Origin: a virus
Taxonomy: Duplodnaviria; Heunggongvirae; Uroviricota; Caudoviricetes
DNA: 43,172 bases
Virus record (IMG/VR): IMGVR_UViG_2675903609_000006
Strand: one strand, 5' to 3'
In this document: positions 28,934 through 36,707 of the stretch, piece by piece
Layout: each line of letters opens with the position of its first letter
Position numbering within the stretch: the first letter of the stretch is position 1
Program-made: the position numbers and the translations under genes
The notes under the pieces: generated by a model
What the model was told of the DNA's origin: nothing
Database searches by the model: none
The model's input: only the letters and a program-made list of their open reading frames with translations

Positions 28934-29929
28934 TCAGGCCAGCACGCCAGTTGCCAGCGCACGATCGATAAAACGAAATATCAGCTCCAGCTGAGAGCCA
29001 TACTTCTCTTCAAATGCCACGGTATCCGCATGCAGCTCGTCGTGATGCTTTCTGCACAAAGGCAACACAAAGAGGTCATGCGCTTTTGTACCCATTCCCC
29101 CCTGACCGTGGCCTATCAGGTGGTGGGGATCATCAGCAGGTTTTCCACAACATGCGCACGGCTGCGTCTTAACCCAACGCGTGTACTTTTCGTTAACCCA
29201 GCGGCGACGTTTTGGGCGTAACATAAAAGAGTCCGGCGACTCCGGATCCACTTTCAGCGCCAGCACCTTTTTTGCCTTATCCTGGATGATGCTGGTGGCA
29301 GGAACCGAAGGCACAAGGTCACTTTCCCGGGTGACAGACGGCACAACAGGCTTTGGTAATCTCAGTGCCTTACGGGCTGCACTTTCCGGTAAGGCATCCG
29401 CCAGGTCATTACGAACCAGCCACCAGCACAGTTCCGGCATTGTCACAACGTGACTATCATCAAAACCGAGATCCCGACGCACAACAGACAACACCCAGCG
29501 GGCACAGTTATCCGTTGCCATTGATTCCAGCCGTTCCGTGAACTGATCGCGCAGCTGGTTATCGCAGTGCCAGCACAGACGGATTGCGCCCGGAGCGTGT
29601 CGCATTGTGGTCATGTTCTCGCTGTGCCAGTCGGAATGAGGCCACTGGCAGCCTTTTTCACGAAGTAACCAGCTTTCAAGACATTCCACGCCACCAGCAC
29701 GACGGATCACTGCCTCATTGCGGAACACGGCCCGAACGGCAGGATCATCCGCCAGCGGTTGTGATGCCGCCGGAACGGCACCGCTGGCGAAAGATGAATA
29801 ACGTTCCGGCTCAGGCTCCAGCAGGACACGCCCCTGCATAAACAGGGGCATCAGCTCTGAACCAGGTCTGAACAATACGATCACCATACGCGGGGCAATT
29901 TCAGGGGTCAGTAGTGCTCTCACAGTCAC
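28934..29929 (-). CDS. DUF968-family phage protein
   Basis: 331 aa with C-terminal Cys/His-rich motif (CACCGKPADDPHHL...LPLCRKHHDELH). Confidence 0.55.
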   Translation of the reverse strand: MTVRALLTPEIAPRMVIVLFRPGSELMPLFMQGRVLLEPEPERYSSFASGAVPAASQPLADDPAVRAVFRNEAVIRRAGGVECLESWLLREKGCQWPHSDWHSENMTTMRHAPGAIRLCWHCDNQLRDQFTERLESMATDNCARWVLSVVRRDLGFDDSHVVTMPELCWWLVRNDLADALPESAARKALRLPKPVVPSVTRESDLVPSVPATSIIQDKAKKVLALKVDPESPDSFMLRPKRRRWVNEKYTRWVKTQPCACCGKPADDPHHLIGHGQGGMGTKAHDLFVLPLCRKHHDELHADTVAFEEKYGSQLELIFRFIDRALATGVLA

Positions 29930-29930
29930 C

Positions 29931-30758
29931 TCAATGAACGGTATCGAGCAGCTTTAACAGCTCAGGGAATCGGGATTCGAAGAAATGCGGCTGCGTCTCG
30001 CGCGGATTTGCGGGACTGGTGATGTTCTTGCCGAACATGCAGCCTTTCGCTGTCAGCGACCAGAATTTTTTGATGTTGTTAATCGAGGTACGGCTGTATC
30101 GTTCGCGCTGCTCGACGATCCCCAGCTTCACCATCTGGTGATATGCCTGATTAGCCGTCAGGCGGATACCATACTGCTTCAGCAGTGCACTCAGCGACAG
30201 CGTAGGGCGGCTTGAACCATCTGGCGCATCAGCAGGTGCATCAATGGCATAGATCGGCATAAGTTCAGGAAGACCAGCTACCTTTGATAATTTCTGGTAT
30301 GCACCAAGTTTCGAGGAGTTTGACAGATTTAGAGTCTTTGCTGCTGATTCAAGCAGAATGACCCCGGATTTAATTTTGTCGGATGTGGTTTCTTCTGGTG
30401 ATGAATTATGAAGCGCATCAAAAGTACGTATCACTTTTAAGCTGAATGCCGGGCTGATCCACATTGCATATGCATAGACCAGCTCTTTACAGACATACGT
30501 CCCACCATTGCGCCCCTGAATGGTGATGACAGGAATACTACGGGAATCTCCCGTAGTTTCTTCTTCCAATAATTCCACAAGAGCCTTCGTTTCAGGACGA
30601 CGCATAAACTCGTGAACTTCCAGCGAACGGGAGGAGCGATTCTCACCAGCGGCAAGAAGAGCAGCTTTCTGAAGGTCGTTAAGACAGTAGTTAGATTCGA
30701 AGTACTGGCGCACAGAAACGCCATCAATTACAAGCAACTGATTCATTGGTTTCTCCAC
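29931..30758 (-). CDS. KilA-N domain protein
   Basis: N-terminal KilA-N signature (GGTYVCKELVYAYAMWISPAF). Confidence 0.65.
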   Translation of the reverse strand: MEKPMNQLLVIDGVSVRQYFESNYCLNDLQKAALLAAGENRSSRSLEVHEFMRRPETKALVELLEEETTGDSRSIPVITIQGRNGGTYVCKELVYAYAMWISPAFSLKVIRTFDALHNSSPEETTSDKIKSGVILLESAAKTLNLSNSSKLGAYQKLSKVAGLPELMPIYAIDAPADAPDGSSRPTLSLSALLKQYGIRLTANQAYHQMVKLGIVEQRERYSRTSINNIKKFWSLTAKGCMFGKNITSPANPRETQPHFFESRFPELLKLLDTVH

Positions 30759-30908
30759 AAATTTTTATCCACGAGCGGGACTGCACTCCCTTTTCGTTGA
30801 TGCAGGATGAACTTACTGCGATTTTTAATAGTTATCAAGGATATACTGTTCATAAATACAGTATCTTTAACGAGGTAATACCCAAATTTAGGGTGTTGCT
30901 CAATTCCG

Positions 30909-31304
30909 TTACCGAGTTGCTAATTTGCAACTCGCTTTTTCGTACTTACTGATAGTGATCTCGACCTTCCCCTCCGGGATAACCGGTCCCCACTCCACCA
31001 GCATTCTTTTCACCTGACTGTCGTCTTCCCACACACCCGCGTGGGTCAGGGCGTCAAACAGCGCCTTGTTATAGTTGTCCAGATCGCGGATCCGGTTATC
31101 CGGAGGAAACAAAACGATCTCCACTGAAGCAGGTGCCGACGTTGGTTTCGGCAGACGACGTAACTGCTCAACTATTGCTGCGCACGCCGCGCTCTGGAAT
31201 TTTCACCCCGCCGCGCTTATCAGGCTCTTACCAGCAAACGCCCCTTTGTTGGGGTGTCGCCAGTACGTGTTCACGCTGGGCGGAAAAGGAAGGATCGGCT
31301 TCAT
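30909..31304 (-). pseudogene. rusA: RusA-like Holliday junction resolvase with in-frame TGA
   Basis: ATG at 31304 encodes MKPILPFPPSVNTYWRHPNKG..., then a TGA at 31203-31205; the same frame continues into the ORF-track ORF 30909-31124 (RDLDN...FDALT...WEDDSQV). Confidence 0.55.
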
Positions 31305-31627
31305 ACTTTCAGGCCCCTCTCATGTAACCAGTGGGCTGCACGCAGCCTGGCGTTTTCCTCACCGGCAAGCAGTGAGCGGATAATCCCGACCGCCTCGCTG
31401 TCGTCGTCCTTCACCACGGTATGAAGCGTGATCCCCCGGGCCACACCACGCTTTATCGTGATGACGCCTTTTTTCTCCAGTGCGCGAAGATGCTCCACCG
31501 CTGCATTCACCGAACGGTATCCCAGCATGGTTGCCACCTCCTGATTGGTTGGCGGGAAGCCACGTTCTTTCTGATAAGAAATCAGCATATCCAGCACCTG
31601 CTGCTGGCATTGAGTTAACGTCGTCAT
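31301..31627 (-). CDS. LexA-type winged-helix DNA-binding protein without a peptidase domain
   Basis: GFPPTNQEVATMLGYRSVNAAVEHLRALEKKGVITIKRGVARGI resembles the LexA N-terminal domain; start taken at the internal Met overlapping the upstream stop. Confidence 0.5.
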   Translation of the reverse strand: MTTLTQCQQQVLDMLISYQKERGFPPTNQEVATMLGYRSVNAAVEHLRALEKKGVITIKRGVARGITLHTVVKDDDSEAVGIIRSLLAGEENARLRAAHWLHERGLKV

Positions 31628-32121
31628 TACGCCCCCACGTAATTCCCTGACAGATACCACTCATCACTCGATACAGCGCGCTTGCTGCTTTTCCGTAAAC
31701 ACTGCTCACGACGCGCCAGAAAATTGTTTCGTTCTGGCTGGGAGTGGCTTTCACGGAATGCCGCCATCCACACCGTTGCAGCACGACGGTATAAGCCCCT
31801 GGACTCCAGTTCTTCAGCCTGGCGGGTCAGGCACAAAATCTCCCGCGGGTCGTTAGTGCCGACATAGAAATTGCGCACAGGTCTGGTTTCACGAACTGGT
31901 TGCGGTTCCGCCTCCTGCGCTCTCTCAGTCAGGCGCGGGAAATGTCTGCGTGTATCCCCTTCACAACGGTGAGCCACACGCCCACTCTGACGTAACTTGC
32001 TTGCTGACTGCAGAACGCGCTGCCGTGAGTAACCTGCAAAAGCATCCGCAATGTCTCCGGAAGTACACCCCGGATGGGCTTCAATGTATTTCTGAACTTC
32101 ATTCAAAAGACTCATGATCAC
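31627..32121 (-). CDS. PerC-like regulator (putative)
   Basis: C-terminal motif LESRGLYRRAATVWMAAF resembles the recalled PerC-family signature. Confidence 0.4.
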   Translation of the reverse strand: MIMSLLNEVQKYIEAHPGCTSGDIADAFAGYSRQRVLQSASKLRQSGRVAHRCEGDTRRHFPRLTERAQEAEPQPVRETRPVRNFYVGTNDPREILCLTRQAEELESRGLYRRAATVWMAAFRESHSQPERNNFLARREQCLRKSSKRAVSSDEWYLSGNYVGA

Positions 32122-33059
32122 CCCCTGAATCCTGCCGGGATCTGGCTGTAGTCCACGTTGTCGTAACTGGCTTTGAAGTACGGGTCTTCGCGTTTTTCTG
32201 TGTACGTGCTGACGGACGGCGATAAGCGCAGGGAAAGCTCATCCCATTTTTCCCGCAGCTTCGACGGGCTGAGCACGTTACGGCACCAGAACGGATCGCG
32301 GCTGACGCGGCTGTACATCTCGCAGATTTGTTTGTGAGTACGACCATCCTGCACACACATCAGGCGAATTTCGTTTGCCCAGGCTGTCCAGTTCGGTTCT
32401 TTGGGACGAACCACCTCGCCGTCACATTCGGCGGCCTGCTCGTACAGGGCGATGATTTTTTTCCAGAGCCACTGTGCGCAGGTCAAATCATCCTGCGTTC
32501 CCCACTGGCGCTTTTTAGGGCTGAATACAACCGCATCAGGATGGCGAGTTAAAAACTCCTGTTCAGCCGTCTGCGTGTCCGGTTGCGAAGCGTCCGGACG
32601 AGAAGTTTTTTTATCTGACGGATCATGTTTTGATTTTACTGACGGATCCCCGCCAGATTCTGACGGGTGAAAACCCGCTTTTTTGCCAGATTTCGACGCA
32701 TCAAATTTTGACGGGTCAGATTTTGATGCGTCAGATTTTGACGGGTCAGAATCTGACAGTTGAGAAAATGCCGCTGCCTGAAGCTTCGCAACGTTAAGCT
32801 GATAAACATTCGACGCATTGCGGTTACCCTGGCGACGCGCCTTACGCGTTAACCAGCCTTCTGCTTCCAGCCGTGCGATAGCCGTTCTGACGGTACTCAT
32901 CCCCGCGCCAATCTGACGGGCAATGGTTTCAATTGATGGCCAGCACACACCTTCGTCATTACTGAAATCAGCCAGGCGGGCCATAATTGCCACGCTGGAT
33001 AATTTCATGCCTGACGCTGCGCAACCATCCCATACATAGCCGGTTAATTTAGTGCTCAT
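32118..33059 (-). CDS. Replication initiator (O-like) with internal origin iterons
   Basis: N-terminal HTH, a central repetitive linker (SDSDPSKSDASKSDPSKFDASKSG) encoded by the iteron array, and a C-terminal domain. Confidence 0.6.
   Translation of the reverse strand: MSTKLTGYVWDGCAASGMKLSSVAIMARLADFSNDEGVCWPSIETIARQIGAGMSTVRTAIARLEAEGWLTRKARRQGNRNASNVYQLNVAKLQAAAFSQLSDSDPSKSDASKSDPSKFDASKSGKKAGFHPSESGGDPSVKSKHDPSDKKTSRPDASQPDTQTAEQEFLTRHPDAVVFSPKKRQWGTQDDLTCAQWLWKKIIALYEQAAECDGEVVRPKEPNWTAWANEIRLMCVQDGRTHKQICEMYSRVSRDPFWCRNVLSPSKLREKWDELSLRLSPSVSTYTEKREDPYFKASYDNVDYSQIPAGFRG
32611..32762. repeat. Iteron array (about eight ~15-bp direct repeats, consensus AGATTTTGACGGGTC) - candidate replication origin
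   Basis: Four contiguous 15-bp units at 32703-32762 plus degenerate copies upstream, all inside the initiator gene. Confidence 0.6.
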
Positions 33060-33407
33060 GACCGACCTCTATTTCCCTGAATTTACGACGAAACTGTTCG
33101 AGCGGGCTGAAGCACTCATGCTCATAGCCTTCACGGAGGTAGATAACCCGTTGTGTTTCCGGCTCCCAACGAATGACTCTGACGGGCACTCCGTAGTGAT
33201 CTTTGAACCAGCGATTAACTTGTCGCAAAGGACTGTCTCCTTCTGCCGGTTGAAATCCCCCACAGCCCACTCTGCAAAGCTGTGGGTTACAATTTCCCTG
33301 TCACCTGGTACATTCACTGCATAGCAATACTCCACCTTCGCTTTTCCACCCGGTACAGGAAGCGCAATCAGTTGCGAGCGACGGTAGTGTGTTGTTAAAC
33401 TGTTCAT
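33049..33407 (-). CDS. Hypothetical protein, reading frame ambiguous
   Basis: Two overlapping ORFs (33069-33407 and 33049-33270) in different frames each look plausible; the longer fits the gene array positionally. Confidence 0.3.
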
Positions 33408-33967
33408 GCGTTAGTTTCTCCACAGTCACGACACGCCACGGCGCCCGGAGCTGCACACTCGCGGGCGTCATTACTTTCTGAAATGCAAAAAATTTTGTAG
33501 ACCAGTGCTGCATGCTCCTGCAGCTTCGAAATTGAGAGGTACAGCTCGTCGTTAATTGCTGTCTTCTCATGCGGTTCCACTACACCGTCTTCGATTGCTG
33601 AACGAATCTGTTTTGAATAACTGCCGATCTGTTCAATGACTTCCAGCAGACGCTGGTTAATATCGGCGTTGTCCACATCCTCGACGTCAGGAAGAGACAC
33701 AAAGACGCCATTTGCAGACTGCGCCACAGCGTCAGCAATGAAGTGAGTTCCACCAGCACGTTGCAAAATCATTGCCCATCCCAGCGGGAAAATCTGATCG
33801 CCATCGGCACGAAGGCGGTTAAATAATGCGTTCTCTGTTACATCCAGCCAGTCAGCTGCTTCAGCGTAACCACCCGGCAACTTTGCGATAGTTTTTCTGA
33901 CAGCTTTCACGTACCACTCAGGCTGTTTTTCTACTTTCCAGTGATGCTTACCCACGGTTAGCCTCAT
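33404..33967 (-). CDS. CII-like regulatory protein (putative)
   Basis: 187 aa immediately downstream of cro; tentative family resemblance only. Confidence 0.4.
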   Translation of the reverse strand: MRLTVGKHHWKVEKQPEWYVKAVRKTIAKLPGGYAEAADWLDVTENALFNRLRADGDQIFPLGWAMILQRAGGTHFIADAVAQSANGVFVSLPDVEDVDNADINQRLLEVIEQIGSYSKQIRSAIEDGVVEPHEKTAINDELYLSISKLQEHAALVYKIFCISESNDARECAAPGAVACRDCGETNA

Positions 33968-33998
33968 CGTTCTGTGGTTAAAAATTGAAAGTGTTCTG

Positions 33999-34199
33999 CT
34001 AATCTTTCGGATAGATATCCGGTCTTAAGTCAGATTTCGTAATTGCACCTGACGTGCATTGCTCAAGTTTTTTAGCCAGCACAAAACTGGCTTTTTTATA
34101 GCCATTGAAAACCAGCCGTAAGTAGCCAGGTGTTGAGCCAACTTTTCCGGCCAACTCGCCCTGCTGTTCTTTGGTTAAAGAGTCCCAATACGCTTTCAT
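33999..34199 (-). CDS. cro: Cro-like repressor (Cro/YdaS-type HTH)
   Basis: Divergent from the repressor gene; start taken at MKAYWDS because the ORF-track start overlaps an operator. Confidence 0.7.
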   Translation of the reverse strand: MKAYWDSLTKEQQGELAGKVGSTPGYLRLVFNGYKKASFVLAKKLEQCTSGAITKSDLRPDIYPKD

Positions 34200-34204
34200 A
34201 CAAT

Positions 34205-34274
34205 ATGTACCTCCGGTGTACATATTACATGATTAAAATGAACCTTCAAGATACTTGTACCTTAACGGTACAAG
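34205..34274. promoter_or_regulatory. Divergent immunity promoter region with two palindromic operators
   Basis: ATGTAC-CTCCGGT-GTACAT (34205-34223) and CTTGTACC-TTAA-CGGTACAAG (34254-34274) between cro and the repressor gene. Confidence 0.55.
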
Positions 34275-34289
34275 GGTTTTAATTTCGTT

Positions 34290-34964
34290 ATGAAAACAAT
34301 CCATGACATCCGGCGGTCTAACGCCAGAAAACTGAGAGATGGTGTTGGCGGGAATTCTTCCTTTGCCACTATGATTGATCGCGAGCCAACCCAGACCAGC
34401 AGGTTTATGGGAGATGGTGCTACTAAAAATATCGGTGACAGCATGGCACGACACATCGAAAAATGTTTCGACCTGCCTGTTGGATGGCTCGATCAAGAAC
34501 ACCAGACAACGAACATCACAAAAAAACCTGATGTTTCAATCACTAATAAACAAATCACATTAGTCCCTGTCATATCATGGGTACAGGCCGGAGCATGGAA
34601 AGAAGTTGGATATTCTGAGGTTGATTTGAGCACAGCAGAAACGTATCCCTGCCCTGTACCCTGTGGGGAAATGACTTATATCTTGCGGGTGATAGGTGAT
34701 TCAATGATTGATGAGTACCGCCCGGGAGACATGATTTTTGTCGATCCTGAAGTACCAGCCTGCCACGGTGACGACGTTATTGCATTGATGCACGATACAG
34801 GTGAAACCACCTTCAAAAGGTTGATAGAAGATGGGACACAGCGTTATCTCAAAGCGTTAAACCCAAACTGGCCTGAGCCTTACATTAAGATCAACGGTAA
34901 TTGCTCTATAATTGGAACTGTGATTTTCTCAGGAAAACCAAGAAGATACAAAATCAAAGCCTAA
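34290..34964 (+). CDS. cI: CI-type repressor with S24 (LexA-like) autopeptidase domain
   Basis: C-terminal domain with VIGDSM nucleophile and downstream Lys (FKRL), similar to recalled P22 C2. Confidence 0.85.
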   Translation: MKTIHDIRRSNARKLRDGVGGNSSFATMIDREPTQTSRFMGDGATKNIGDSMARHIEKCFDLPVGWLDQEHQTTNITKKPDVSITNKQITLVPVISWVQAGAWKEVGYSEVDLSTAETYPCPVPCGEMTYILRVIGDSMIDEYRPGDMIFVDPEVPACHGDDVIALMHDTGETTFKRLIEDGTQRYLKALNPNWPEPYIKINGNCSIIGTVIFSGKPRRYKIKA

Positions 34965-34975
34965 TCAATGTTTAT

Positions 34976-35000
34976 GAACCTGCTTCGGCAGGTTTTTTTA
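34976..35000 (+). terminator. Rho-independent terminator after the repressor gene
   Basis: AACCTGC-TTCG-GCAGGTT hairpin followed by TTTTTTT. Confidence 0.65.
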
Positions 35001-35003
35001 TAC

Positions 35004-35031
35004 TTGACAATGTACCCATGAGATACATAAT
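35004..35031 (+). promoter_or_regulatory. Near-consensus sigma70 promoter (pL-like candidate)
   Basis: TTGACA (35004-35009), 16-nt spacer, CATAAT (35026-35031); two ATGTACCC direct repeats overlap the spacer and the start region. Confidence 0.5.
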
Positions 35032-35120
35032 GTACCCAAGAGAAACAACGAACAGGCAGGACGCCCACGAAGTAGCCGCCTGGGGCATATAAAGTCTAGG
35101 GTGATTCGTTAGCAACAAAA

Positions 35121-35153
35121 AAGCGCCCTACAGGACGCTTAGCTCTTTAACAA
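35121..35153 (+). promoter_or_regulatory. Hairpin plus boxA-like motif (candidate antitermination element)
   Basis: AAGCGCC-CTACA-GGACGCTT hairpin, then GCTCTTTAACAA (35142-35153), which matches the recalled rrn boxA. Confidence 0.4.
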
Positions 35154-35198
35154 TCTGGTCCCCATCAACAAGTAACTGATAACTTGAGGAGGTGTGAA

Positions 35199-35405
35199 AT
35201 GCACAAAACAGAACCCAAAATCGTCGCGCCCGGATACACAAATGAGGAAATTTACGAGTGGATGGCAAAGAAGCTGGCAGCTATAAACCAGCTTCGTGAA
35301 GTGCTGTCTTATCGACAGGAAACAATAGACTCCTTAAAAAAACTGGATCAGGAAATCACGGTTTTATCACAGGATGTTACTTTAGATATTGTGCAGACAA
35401 ATTAG
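35199..35405 (+). CDS. Hypothetical protein (68 aa)
   Basis: ATG preceded by GAGGAGG; helical, coiled-coil-like product; not Arg-rich. Confidence 0.4.
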   Translation: MHKTEPKIVAPGYTNEEIYEWMAKKLAAINQLREVLSYRQETIDSLKKLDQEITVLSQDVTLDIVQTN

Positions 35406-35811
35406 GATCCCATTCATTTTCGTCAAAATCATCAAAGTGATGAATTTGTGATCTCCAGTCTCGATAATCTAAAAATTTCTGGGCGGTTACGCTTATTTTA
35501 TCAAGTGTGAGTTCATCCTGAATTGAAAGAAGAAGTTCATCAAATTTCATCTCATTAATCTGTTTTGGCATCCAGTGATGCTTCATCAGAATAAGGTGAA
35601 CCAGAGCCTTTTTCCCATTCAACTGATTATAGGGAGTGCCGAATTTCTTCCGGTGCTCATGTAAGACAAGGTCCAGAAGAGTAAGTAATGTTGCCCTTGA
35701 TTCCACTTTGCTTATTTCGACTGATGACACTACCCCACTGATTTCAATGCCCCGATACTTTCCAACATTTTCACAGTGGGATTTGTACAGCGTGTAGATA
35801 TTACCGGACAT
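35377..35811 (-). CDS. Hypothetical protein (144 aa), AT-rich cargo gene
   Basis: Convergent with and overlapping the 68-aa ORF by 29 nt; markedly lower GC than flanks; no family recognised. Confidence 0.5.
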   Translation of the reverse strand: MSGNIYTLYKSHCENVGKYRGIEISGVVSSVEISKVESRATLLTLLDLVLHEHRKKFGTPYNQLNGKKALVHLILMKHHWMPKQINEMKFDELLLSIQDELTLDKISVTAQKFLDYRDWRSQIHHFDDFDENEWDPNLSAQYLK

Positions 35812-36140
35812 TTCTTTTCCTTTTGCGTTGTTGGGGATAACCAGATTAACCGAATCCTTGTTGTTGGGGAATAACCAGGTCCACCTCGCCTGATGTGGCT
35901 AAAAGCAGGCACATAACAGCTAAGTATTTTTAACCAGAGAGAATCCTTAGCGTTGTGGTGAATGCGGCTCAGCGCACGCGGGTTAAGGTTGAGGCTGACA
36001 GTCGACCTTCTGTGGATACCCACCCGTCTGGTGTGCAACCTTCGCCAGGCACCGGGAGGCACCCGGCACCACAACTTTATGCTGTGTGTAGTCCTGGAGG
36101 TACCAGTTTGTACCCTTGCTTCCGGCTGGTACCGTCCTTT

Positions 36141-36240
36141 TTACAAAACAGAGAAGAGCATCACCGGACGACGGGCTCATAACCCAATCCATCCGGGCGG
36201 CTGCCACCGCAGGTGTTCTTCTCTGTTTTGTGGAGAAACT
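36141..36240 (+). other. Long inverted repeat (~17-bp arms, ~60-nt spacer) in a non-coding gap
   Basis: ACAAAACAGAGAAGAGCA (36143-36160) pairs with TGTTCTTCTCTGTTTTGT (36223-36240), one mismatch. Confidence 0.5.
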
Positions 36241-36279
36241 AATCGGCCTTGCAGGGTCGATATGATGAGGAGCAGCAAA

Positions 36280-36642
36280 ATGGCTAGCGAACGCAGTACT
36301 GATGTGCAGGCATTTATCGGGGAGCTGGACGGCGGCGTATTTGAAACCAAAATCGGCGCAGTTCTCAGTGAAGTCGCTTCCGGTGTGATGAACACGAAAA
36401 CCAAAGGTAAGGTCTCACTCAACCTGGAAATCGAACCATTTGATGAGAACCGTGTGAAAATCAAACACAAACTCTCATATGTTCGCCCGACTAACCGCGG
36501 GAAAATTTCCGAAGAAGACACCACCGAAACGCCGATGTATGTCAATCGCGGTGGTCGCCTGACTATTCTGCAGGAAGACCAGGGACAGTTACTGACTCTT
36601 GCCGGTGAACCTGACGGAAAACTCCGCGCAGCAGGTCGTTAA
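36280..36642 (+). CDS. Hypothetical early protein (YfdP-like)
   Basis: Start taken at MASERSTD with upstream GAGGAG; the ORF-track ORF extends further upstream through non-coding-looking sequence. Confidence 0.5.
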   Translation: MASERSTDVQAFIGELDGGVFETKIGAVLSEVASGVMNTKTKGKVSLNLEIEPFDENRVKIKHKLSYVRPTNRGKISEEDTTETPMYVNRGGRLTILQEDQGQLLTLAGEPDGKLRAAGR

Positions 36643-36707
36643 TATCGTTTTTAATTAACTGATTATTTATCTCATCACTGAATATCTTTATATAGTGAGG
36701 ACTTATT

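Noticed and set aside
31203-31205. TGA in rusA as a recoded (selenocysteine or read-through) codon
   Set aside because: No SECIS-like hairpin is evident immediately downstream and resolvases are not selenoproteins; a nonsense mutation is the simpler explanation.
32611-32762. Tandem direct repeats considered as a possible CRISPR array
   Set aside because: Units are ~15 bp, contiguous with no spacers, and lie inside a coding sequence next to no cas genes; an origin iteron array explains them better. No CRISPR-like repeat-spacer structure was seen anywhere in the window.
35962-36279. Arg-rich upstream extension of the 35962-36642 ORF as a possible N-like antiterminator
   Set aside because: The Arg-rich stretch comes from translating GC-rich sequence containing a long inverted repeat; there is no ribosome-binding site or start context, and the downstream protein has its own good start at 36280.
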